Shown: piece after piece, positions 13,764 to 26,049 of the stretch | Numbering within the stretch: the stretch's first letter is position 1 | Layout of the letters: every line of letters starts with the position of its first letter | DNA from: Octopus vulgaris | Taxonomy: Eukaryota | Direction of reading: 5' to 3' | Assembly: GCA_951406725.2 (NCBI GenBank) | Contig: OX597829.1 | Span: 57,660,001 to 57,724,000, forward strand | DNA: 64,000 nt | The notes under the pieces: generated by a model | What the model was told of the DNA's origin: nothing | Databases searched by the model: none | What the model saw: only the letters and a program-made list of their open reading frames with translations | Made by a program: the position numbers and the translations under genes

Positions 13764-16700
13764 GAGAGAGAGAGAGATGTAGGCATGGCTGTGCAGTGAG
13801 AAATTTGCTTCCCAATCACATGATTCTGTATTCAATGCATGGCACCTTGGATAAATGTTCTCTACTATAGCCCTGTTCACCAAAGTCTTGTAGGTCAATT
13901 TGTTTGCTCATCATATTTGTATGTATTAGGTTGTCAAGAAAGTTCTTGCGGTTTTTAACCTTTAAATTCAGACGCACATATCTTGGCTCGAACAAAACTT
14001 TATTAATCGAAAGATACACCATCAGAATCGACACACTTTTGCCAACATAAAAATCCTGCATTCTGGTGTTGATGAATTTGTTGAAGGAGTGTTTGGCATC
14101 GTCTTGGTTTTTGAAGCATTTCTCATGCGGGGGAAGTTGTCAAGGTGCTTGAAAAGGGGGTAGTTGGTAGGCAAGAGGTCTGGTGAGTATGGCAGATGAG
14201 GCAGAGTTTCGTAGCCCAATTCATTCAACTTCTGCAGGGTCAGTTGTGTGATGTGTGGCCGAGCATTGTCATGGAGAAGAATTGGTCCTTTTCTGTTGAC
14301 CAATGCTGGCTGTTGTTGTCGAAGTTTCTTATGCATTTCATCCACTTCCTGACAGTACTTCTCCGCCGTAATGGTTTCGCCTGGATCCAAAAAGCTGAAG
14401 TGGACGAGACCGGCCTCAGACCACCAAACAGTCACCATGACCTTATTTTGGTGCAACTTTGCCTTTGGGAAGTGCCATGGAGCTTTGTCAGCATCCAACC
14501 ACTGAGCTGAGCATTGCCGGTTGTCGTAAAGAATCCACTTTTCATCGCAAGTCACAATCCGGTCCAGAAACAGGTTGTTCTTGTTGCGAAAAAGAAGACA
14601 ACACTTCAAAACGGTGTTGTTTTGGTTGTCGTTCAATTCGTGCGGCACCCATTTCTCAAGTGTTTTTGTTTTTCCAATCCCTTTCAAGTGGTTGGAAATT
14701 GTTGTATACATTACGTCTAATTCAGAAGCAAGCTCTCGAACAGTTGTGTGTGGATTGGCTTCCACTAAGCCCCTTAGTTGATCGTTGTCAACATCTGATG
14801 GCTGACCACTATCTTCAAGACTCTCATCACTGCTGCAAAATTTCTTGAACCACCATTGTGCTGTACGTTCATTAGTGGTTCCTGGGCCAAATGCATCGTT
14901 GATATTGCGAGCTTTTACAGCATCTTTTCGGCCTAGCTTGAACTGGAATAAGAAAATTGTACGAATTTGTTTTTTGTCTGTGTTGTATTCAACGTTCCGC
15001 AAAAAATGGCCTAATTATTCGAAAAGGAAAAGAGTAACACGATTAGATAGAGCAAAAAACGGGCTTTAAAATGATACATAATGTCAAAATAATTTAACAA
15101 AAATTAATTTGAAAATACAACATTTAAAACTAAAATTAAAAATTCCACAAGAACTTTCTTGATAGCCTAATATATGTGTGTGTGTGTGCCTGCCTTTGAG
15201 TTTGTTCCTATCCACCACTTGACAACTGATGCTGGTCTGCTTTTGTCCTGTAACTGCCAAGTTGCAGGTTGTAAGCAAAAAAATAAATAAGTATTGACTT
15301 TAATTGCATCTAGGGAGTTCCAGAGTTTTGATGAGAGTGGGACAACTGCTTAGCCACTCTCCTATGTTTTGGTTAGCCAACAAGCTGAAGCTTTTCCCAG
15401 GGATTGCACATGGAGATAAAGGCATGGTACTAATTATATAAGTTAGCCAAGTCTGGTTAGCTTCTCTAGATAGAGAATAGCTGTTAGCCTAGGAAAGGTG
15501 TTATGATTTCATTTAACTTTCAGGAAAATATTCTTGATCCTTTTGTTTCATTTCATCTTAAAATTAATGAAGAATTTAGAAAAACAAACTTTATCATAAT
15601 TAACCCTTTTGTTACCAACCTGGCTGAAACTGGCTCTGGCTCTGAGTACAAATGTCTTGTTTCCATAAGTTTGGAATTAAAATCTTCCATCAAACCTTAG
15701 TCACAATTTATGTTCCTAACACTAGCTTAACGATAACTAAGATATTTTACTAAATTCTTTGTTATATTTAAAATTAATTGAAAGAAACACAGAGCATCTC
15801 AAAATAATTACAGTAACAAAAGGGTTAATCCAATGTTTGGAATGTAAATTAAAATGAAATTTTGATTGGAAGGTTTTAATTTAGATGACTTTAAAATGAT
15901 TAAACACTAAGTATTCCTTTATTCATTTATTTATTTTCGTTTTCCTTTCTAGGAATCAAGTGTTGAAAATAACGAGTGGAATTGAAATTCCGGGAGTGAT
16001 TCGCTGGGAGCTCTTGCTGTTCTTGATCTTTGCATGGTTGATAGTATTTCTCTGTTTGTTTAAAGGAATTGAAGTTCTTGGAAAGGTAATTACATTTATT
16101 ACACTTGTTGCATCCTGTTGTGTCTGTGTGTTTCAGGTCTTTTGCCATGCAATCTGTAAATCACTGATGTTACCTTTTGGATAAAAATAATGGCTTTATA
16201 CAAGAAGAATAGGTTTGCTTGGAGTGAAATTACATCCCTAGAATCAGACAATAGTGAAATGAGTGTGTTTTTCTTCTGGGGAATGAATGGAATGGTGGCT
16301 ACTACCTTCCTGTGCCAGCACCTGCAATTCTAGAATCTAATTCAACCTCTTGCCCTCCATCACTTAAGATTACAACCGTGAGAGCCTTAAAACTCTCTGC
16401 TTGTCTCAAAGACATTCCACTATCATGCAGAATGCACTGAGGAGACTTTCCCTGAGAAGACCAATGTCTCAGTCTTTGGAGACATTGCTTGTATTTGCAT
16501 TATCCACCATTCACAACCATGGGCACAAAAATTGAATTGTTGTAACTAAATCATATTATTGCTTTTTTTATTGCTTTTTTTTTCCTTCTTTACTGTTGGT
16601 TTTTTATTTTTAATGTTATCAACAAATTTTCTCTTTTTTGCAGTTGATGCATTTTGCTGCTCCTTTCCCTTATTTTGTTCTCTTCATTCTTCTCATTCGT

Positions 16701-18623
16701 GGGGTTACGTTACCTGGGTCTTTAGAAGGCATAAAATTTTATATAATACCAAGATTTGAGGAACTTAAGAAATTCCAAGTAAGTACTATTTTTTGTTGTT
16801 TTATTGTTTTTGTTATTGTTATTGTCGAGGCACAGGCATGGCTGTGTGGTAAGACCTTTGCTTCTCAACCACATGGTTCTAAGTTCAGTCTCACTGTGTG
16901 GTACCTTGGGCAAGTGTCTTCTGTTATAGCCACGGGCTAACCAAAGCCTTGTAAATGGGTTTGTTAGATGAAAACAGCAAGAAGTCTATCGTATATGTGT
17001 GTCTGTGCATGTGTGTGCATGTTTGCTTGTGTGTGCGCGTATGTGTTTGTGCACGTACATGCGTGTTTATTTGCGCACCTGTGTCTCCTTGCATTGACAT
17101 CACAAGATGGTTGTTAAATGAGTATCACCATCTTATAAACAGTATCATTCATTTCCAGTATTCTGAGAGAATATTTCAAGCCATGGGGAAATGTAACCTT
17201 TCTTGCAAACAGGTGAGGGTTGGTGACAACAAGGGCACCCGGCCTGAATAAACTCTGTTTGAGCCTTGCAAGCATGGAAAAACACATGTTAAAATGATGA
17301 TGATGATTGTAGAGGCACTAGTAGAAATAGTTGAATGTTAGACAAGATACATTGTAGTATTTGGTTGTATCCCTTCTTGTTGTAATATCAAATCCTACAG
17401 GTTAGAACAAAAGTTTGTGCTGTATTTTAAGCCAAATTCAAAATCAATATTTAGACATTAGACATAAGCACTTTGCCCAGTGTATTAACGAATCTGTCTG
17501 CTCACTGCCTTAGAGAGTATTATAAAGGTTTTGACAACATCAGTGGTAGAGGATTTCGATTGGCTAAAGTTGTATAATAACTTGAATGCAAAAAAATTAC
17601 ATGAAAGCTAAATTTTTTGAAAATAATCTGAAGATGTTAAATGTTTCAAGTGGTTGGAAGAGATATGACAAGATGCCTTTGCATGGGAAAGAGGATATAA
17701 AATGATACTGATACATTTGCTTTGCTGCTGAATTGTACAATCACTGGTTTTTTGGCAGCAGGGTTAGTTGCTTGAAACAGTTAAAATAATGTAATCTGAA
17801 ATGGAAAATGATAATACGTTAACAAGAAACAACCAGGTAGTGTTTGCACAATAAAATGGTATAATACATAATAATAGATGTATGCATATATGTATACACA
17901 CACACATATATATATATTCAAATTAAAAAATCCAGAAAATGGAGAAGTAGCATTAATGTAATTTATTAACTGTAAAAATTCAGCATGTTCACTTACAGCT
18001 GTTTCGATTTTGCCCAGAAGAATTAAATTCTAGTAATTAAAAAATTTTTAGAGGGTAAAATCTATATCATATATATGATAATTATATTTCCCTTCTCTCT
18101 TTTTTTCTTTCTGTTATTTTTTTGTTTATTTTTTTTCAAAGGTGTGGGGAGATGCAGCCCTGCAGATATTCTACTCCATAGGTATGGCATGGGGTGGTAT
18201 TATAACTATGGCAAGTTATAATGAATTTAATCACGATGTTTATAAGTAAGTTGAAATGATTATTATTTACATTATATAATATATATTAAATAATATTTTA
18301 TAATATAATCTTTGCCAGCCTGGAAAACGGATGTTAACAGATGATGACCATACACACACACACGCATATACATCTTACTTTACCAGAAGCTATAAATTAC
18401 AAGACTCGCAAGAAATGTAGAGTTTTCTTTAATATAAGAGAAAGGCTCTGATTTCCAGTATTCTGTCTTGCTTGTTTCTCATCATCATCATCATCATCAG
18501 CTGCTAAACTGAGCCTGGTTTTCCTTTGAATATCAAAAGGAAAATCTTGCTTGGTTTACAGCTGATGATCAGAAATGAGCTACTCTAAATACTGGAAACT
18601 GGAACCTTTCAGGTATATATATA

Positions 18624-18672
<49 letters not shown>

Positions 18673-18853
18673 GATGCAGTGTTCCCTGAAGTCTTGTTAT
18701 GTTTAAGCATCTAAATGCATTTGAAACATCTATCGCAGGGCTCCAAGCAACCATAATGGTGAAACGTGTGTAGGAACTTTAAAATAACAACCGTCCAACC
18801 CTTGCCAGTATGGACAATGGACATTAAATAATGATGATAATGATGATGATAAC

Positions 18854-18886
<33 letters not shown>

Positions 18887-18978
18887 TCATCATCATTTAG
18901 CGTCCGTTTTCCATGCTAGCATGATATATATATATATATATATGGACATTAAATAATGATGATAATGATGATGATAAC

Positions 18979-19014
<36 letters not shown>

Positions 19015-22000
19015 GTTATCATCATCATTATCATCATTATTTAATGTCCATTGTCCATACTGGCAAGGGTTGGACGGTTGTTATTTTAAAGTTCCTACAC
19101 ACGTTTCACCATTATGGTTGCTTGGAGCCCTGCGATAGATGTTTCAAATGCATTTAGATGCTCAAACATAACAAGACTTCAGGGAACACTGCATCGTATC
19201 AAGTTACAAATGGCTGTATAAGCCATAATGGGTAAATGTCGGTGGGGGAGGGACATTTATAATTTGAATATAAACTTGTGCTTATTGTTATTTTACAACA
19301 TATTGTGGCACTCTCTCAGATGCGACGACAAGGGTTCCAGTTGATCCGATCAACAGAACAGCCTGCTCGTGAAATTAACGTGCAAGTGGCTGAGCACTCC
19401 ACAGACACGTGTACCCTTAATGTAATACTTTGGAGAGATTTAGCATGACACAGAGTGTGACAAGGCTGGCCCTTTGAAATACAGGTACTACTCATTTTTG
19501 CCAGCTATACACATATAAACACACATCCATACGCATGCGTGCGTGCGCACGCACACACACACACACACGTCATAAGAATTTTATAAAGTTTGGAGAGATC
19601 ATGAAATACTTCTTCTTTGAAATTGTACATAACGCTATAAAATAATAAGCATATATAAATATTGGGTTGAAAGGTCCTTAACCAAAAAGGCTTTCCAATC
19701 CAATATTTGCATATTATTATTTATAGCATTTGTGTTTTGAGAACCTATTCCCAAAACGAATTTTATATATACGCACATATTCACATATGCACTGGTGTAG
19801 CTATGTGATAAGAAATTTGCTTTTTCAATCATATGGTTCTTGGTTCAATCCCACTGCATGCCACCTTGAGCAAAATGTCTTCTACTGTAGCCCCAGGCAA
19901 AGAAAGCCTTGTGAATAGATTTAGCAGATAGAGACGAAATGCTGCTTTTGTATCAAGAATGAATTTGAGTCAAATACTGATGTGGGAATCAATACACAAA
20001 ATAGTGACCTAAGAGTCATCCTGCCAGGACAGTTATTGACCAGCTGATTGAAGACTTTGGTCTACTGAAGAGCTACCTATCAAAACTGATGCAGGAGAGG
20101 CAATCTTGAAGACAAGTGGTTGATAGTGTTCATCTGTAGACAACATAGCAGCAACAGCAACAGCAGCAGCAGTAGGGATTCCTGTTTACATTATCACTTG
20201 AACAATTCCTTGGATCACTTTACCTTTTTCCTTTCTAAAATTAGATCAGAACTGTTCGGATAAAATATTAGTTAACTGTAATAATTGATTAAATTAATAG
20301 TACCCTGTAAATCTAATTCATTGTGTCTCTCATTAGAATACATTGTTTTTGAATCTTTGTACATACATTTATCCCTTTAGCATTTAAATTGGTTTTATCC
20401 AGCATGAATATTCTTCCTGTATTATATTCAAACTAGCCTGATCTGGAATCTTATACCTACCCTTTCAAAGTCATTCTAAACATATACAATGCTATCATCA
20501 AAATTTCAGAGCTATGAAATAATATATGTTTTATTTTAAATATGAATAAATAATTGTTACATTTGACAAAATAAGCTGAATGTTGAAGGCTTATCATCTG
20601 CTGTTCTATACATTTTGTTTGAAACATTTTTGTATATCGGACTATCATCATATAGATTGCAGTAACAGAGCAATGGGTTCATCATTATTTATTTATTTGT
20701 GTCTTTTCAGGGATGCACTTATTGTCCCTATGATCAATTGTGCTACAAGTATCTTCGCAGGTTTTGTCATCTTCTCAGTTCTTGGATTTATGGCTTTTGA
20801 AACTGGTGTTAGTGTTGATAATGTTGTTAGACAAGGTAAGCAGTTATTTTCTATTCTAAATTTTAAATTACTATTTGATCTTACAAATACAACAAAATAT
20901 CAACTATGTGGTTTAAAATAGCGTTCTGTATACCCTACTTAATGTGGATATACTATAGACAGCCACAGAACTGTGGTATTTGTCATGAGACAGAATCTCG
21001 TGTAAATGTGTACTACTAAACAGCCTGATAATGTTCAAAGTAGCAAAAATCTAGTCTCAGCAATTCCACCACTGCTGCTTTTTTGTCTGCTAATGATACC
21101 CCTCTGTGCTATTTAGTATCGTAAGTCCTATAAGAGATATCATCTTAAGACTGCAACTTTCTGGCTGTCTACAGTATATCCATGTCAAGTTAGGTAAGAC
21201 ATACAGAAAGCTGTTTTGAAGTTGTACTACTACTGTCATTAATAACAAATTTTTCGAGATTTAAAATTTTGGTAATGTATGTATAATGCTTTGTCCTTCA
21301 CAAAAGTATGAGATAATTTGATGATTTCACATTGAAACAAAGGAAAAAGAAAAGAAAATTTTTGCTGCAATTAAATTTTGATGATGATGATGAAGGAATG
21401 ATGTTATATATGTAAATGCATTTTGTCTAGAGTGTCATGTTTGGAAGTGTAATGCTTTATCCATCCAGGTTGGACCTAATGCCCAGGACCAATGTAATTC
21501 TTCAATGCCAAATATCCCAACCAAGTTATGCGACATGAATGTCTGGCTTGGGTTTCTGTTACATTGGTCTTTTCTGTTACATTGGTCTTTTGCTAGCTGA
21601 AATATCTTGTTTGCTCACACCATGACTACAGATCCTGGCCATTAACAGCTTCTCCACTTGCACAGCATCTGGTGATATTTGTCATTGATTCAGTAGGTTT
21701 ATTTGCTGAAATAGTTTATATCCACCATGCTACAGCATCCTACTGGGTTCAATGTTCCTTGGCTCAGGTGGTTACATGCTATTTAATCCATATTACTCCA
21801 GATCAGAGTAGACCTGGGAACAATAGAAACCAAGAGGTGGTTTCACACTCCTCAAAATCCTTGAACCAGGGACCTACTGCTGGATGCTGTTCAAAAATCA
21901 TCCAGGGAGAATGCTATGTAGAGCAATATTGATATTTGCATTGAATGCATTGGAAACAAACATTTGTTCCTTTTGTTTAAAATACTTTGTTCTTTATTAT

Positions 22001-23095
22001 ACTCTCATTAAATTAACTCCATCTATCTATCTTCTCTGCTCCCTATTCTTTGGAGGTTTGTGTGAGTAGGTTCCTCAGGCACCTTCCTTTATAGGGCCCT
22101 TATCACAAACCACTGTCATTAGACTTTCTGGCTGGTTTCCCTTGTAAGACCAACTGAAACTATCAATACTATCCAACTCCTCATTCTTGATCCACCCCTA
22201 CATCCCCTGCCCAGTTAGCTTGCTAGAAGAATCCACTTTCCAATTCTTTCCTGCAACATTCTAATCATGCCTGTAATACCAGGGCTGTGACTTATCAATG
22301 TAGACAGGCAATGGCTCAACTTGGAGAGACACCCTAATCTCCAGGTTACACACCCTGTTTAACTATATTAATCTAGAGACCCTTCAGAGGAACCCCATTT
22401 TAGCTGCTTGTATTCATGATTCCACTCTTTTGCTCATTACCCAACATTCATGACCAATATTCTGAATTGAAGATAGCAAGTTTGGCTTTTTAAGCAACCT
22501 CTTCTGAGGATTAAATGTGGGATCTGACTGATTACTAACTCTAATTATTCTTTACAGGTCCTGGCCTGACCTTTGTTGCATATCCCGAAGCTCTTTCTCG
22601 GTTACCTATATCCTCGCTATGGGCTGTGCTATTCTTCTTGATGCTTTTTATAATTGGTCTTGATAGCCAGGTAAGAATTGTGTACCATTAAATTTTTAAA
22701 AAACACATCAATAACCGTTTATAACTTGTTCAAAGGGAGCACGGATATTCTGTAGTTGTGAAATTTTTGACAGGTAAATCAATTTCTGCTGCAAGGAAAG
22801 AGAAAAAATGTAATGATGATTTTAATTGAAATTAAATTGGTGATTTGAAGAAATAATCAAATAGTTTGTAGTGTTCTGATGAGTAATATTTATGTTAAAA
22901 ATGAAATAAAATACAATATATTTATATATATGCAGGTGTAGCTCAGTGATAAGTATTTTGCTTCTCAACAACATGGTTCCAGGTTCAGTCCCACTGCATG
23001 ATATCTTGGGCAAGTGGCCTCTACTACAGCCTCAGTGCAACCAAAGCATTGCAAGTAGATTTGTTAGACAGAAACAGAAAGAAGCATGATGTGTG

Positions 23096-23126
<31 letters not shown>

Positions 23127-23780
23127 ATAGATATACATACCTATGTGTGTGTTTCTTTGTGTTTATCCCCTGTCACCACTTGACAATGAGTGTCAGTTTG
23201 TTTACATCCTCAAACTTACTTGACAAACTTAGTTGGCAAAAGGGTTAGATCAAATAAGCATTAAACTCTAAAAAGATTAAATGCTGGGGTCAGTTTTTTG
23301 ACTAAAACCTTTCAATGCAATGCCTTAGCATAGCTGTTATCCAATGACTGAAACAAATAAAAACTAAAAGATATATATGTATGTATATATATATATATAT
23401 AATGTTAATAATGGGTAAGGATTAATTCAAGATGAATTTGATGAGAAGATTTGAGGGTTCAAATACAATATAATAATAATTAGTCTTCAGAAATATTGTC
23501 TTTCTAAACATTTTACTAAACACAGTTCTTCAGTTTCCAAAGTGCACTATTAGACTTTAGAAAAAATCTGCAATCATTATAAAACAAGGCATTGTATCTA
23601 TCTCAGTGATTTACAGTAAATTAAGCTGTAAATTACTAAATTCCATGCTCTCTTTGTAGTATTTTTAATTCATTTTGCTGTGTATATAAAGCTAACCTTA
23701 ATTTTTTTTTCTCACATTTTTCTTTAAATGGATCTATACTTATTTCAAAATTCTAGGCCATTTATGATTATATATATATG

Positions 23781-23824
<44 letters not shown>

Positions 23825-23929
23825 GCATATATATGTGTATATATATATGCACATATATATAATATATACATATACATATGTGCATATATATGTGCATATA
23901 TGTATAAATGCATATATATATATACATAC

Positions 23930-23961
<32 letters not shown>

Positions 23962-25114
23962 ATGCATATGTGCATATTTATATATGTATATATATATATA
24001 TATATATAATATGCATTTAATGTTTTTCTTTAGGGATTTTTACTTACCCTGTTTACAAAACCTTCCTTATTCTTTTATTATACACATTTTGAGATGTTTT
24101 GAATTACCTTTTTTTTTTCATTTTGTATTTTTATTGAAATTGGGGGGGAAAAAACTAAGATTTTTTTTTAACCTATTGAACTTACCTTTTTTTTTCTTCG
24201 TAAATAAATTTCAAATATTATTGAATGTAAAGTTTTAATATATATTTAAAATTTATCTTGGTATGCACAAAATTGTTTTGTTTTTTTTTTTTTTTTGAAA
24301 TTAAAATTGTATCAAAATTCATATATATATATATATACATTTTTTTTTTTGCTCTGTTGTTTAAATATTATCTGCATATATTTATTGTATATTCATGTAT
24401 TTTGTTTTATTATCTGTCTGAAAAAAATAATAGGCAAGAGAAGTTGAATTTCTTAAATTGGGTTCTCTCACACATTTCAAATGTTAATTATTATAAATAA
24501 ATATTTAAAAAAATGAATAAATTTAAATATATATATATATATGTGTATTATTTAATAACAGTTTGACTCAGCTCTATAAGAGTTAAAGTCTTGTGTGCAT
24601 GTCAGATGAACCCATCTCATCTGTTATTTAAAGAAGTGCAATAGGATTTGTGACAAATTCATGAAGGTTTCTAGACGTTGGTCAGCTCAGGTCATGTGGT
24701 ATTATTGCTGTGAAAGCAATGTCAGTCCCTTCTGTTATTTTTAAACCCATCTGCTTGGACAGGAAGTTGGCAAGGATGTGTGTGCCACTGTGTCTGCAAG
24801 CTGTTGTGTAGTGTGCTTAGCAGCATCTGGTCATTGCATTTGATACTACATGTATTAACAATAATGCCACATAACCTTAACTGACCAATGGAGGCCTAAA
24901 ATCTTGAAGCCATCTTGAATTTGACTCAAATCCTGTTACACTTCATTAGATATTTGATGAGATGGATTCATCCTGCAAGCCCATGAAACGTAGTCATATG
25001 GAGCTGAGTCAAACTGTCATCAAATAATATACGTAACTCCTATCAAATGTGTTGAGTGCCACTTTCTTTCATTTGTCCACTCACCCATTATATATATATG
25101 TATATGTATATATA

Positions 25115-25149
<35 letters not shown>

Positions 25150-26017
25150 ATATATGTATATGTATTATATTATAACACATACATATTTGGGTGTGCAAAC
25201 AGATATGAATACTCAATGCATTATAACAATGTGTTTATTTAAGCTTTGGATGTTTATACTCTTTTTCTAATTTCAGCCAGTGGGCTGTGGCCATGCTGGG
25301 GCACTGCAGTTTTATATTATTAATTTCTTTTGACTATGCCTAAGGCTACATCTTGTAGGTGAGGGATTTAATCTATTGAGTCAACCAAACATATTACTGG
25401 TATTTATTTTCAGGAGGCCATTTGCCCATCACAAAGGCAATGAATATGAAGACAACTATGTCAAGTAAAAATGGTTTTGGACTCAGGTAAAATATAGTGG
25501 GAAAGAGAGAAAAACAAAAAGAACAAGCAAAAACATAAACATATACTGCACTAATATTTTGGTTGTATTAGAAATCCTGAGAAACAGCTCTAATCACAAT
25601 TATTATTATATAGGTTGTTGTTACTTTATCTCATAAAAGCTGTTCCAAGTCTGCACCAAAGACCTCAAATAACAGCAAGTTGGACGTTTCACTATGGGCG
25701 TTATTTATGGCTAGCAATAATGTATTGTAAAGAAAAGAGGCCAGATCCTGAGAACTAAGATTCTGTTAAATTTGTAATATTTCAGTTTTGCTAGAGTTTT
25801 AAGAGAATCATTTTTGACAATGTCTTTCTTAAAATGTGGGCAGTATCCATGAGAGCAATATTTTGTAGTTCTGATATTTTTGGGTTTCCTGGTATTTAGC
25901 AATATATGTTCAAGAGTACCATGTGATATTATCCCCAAAGCTATAATGATCACAGGTACCACTGTCGTCCTTTGATGCTACATTTTTGAGACATCTGTTT
26001 CAAAGTCCTTATATTTA

Positions 26018-26049
<32 letters not shown>

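Noticed and set aside
14022-15002. Domesticated SETMAR-like gene
   Set aside because: No SET domain or splice link; TIRs and TA flanks are intact, the ORF is frameshifted, and the changes are explained by CpG decay.
24020-24530. Homopolymer-rich stretch with ORFs
   Set aside because: Low complexity and possibly low-accuracy consensus sequence; no coding signal.
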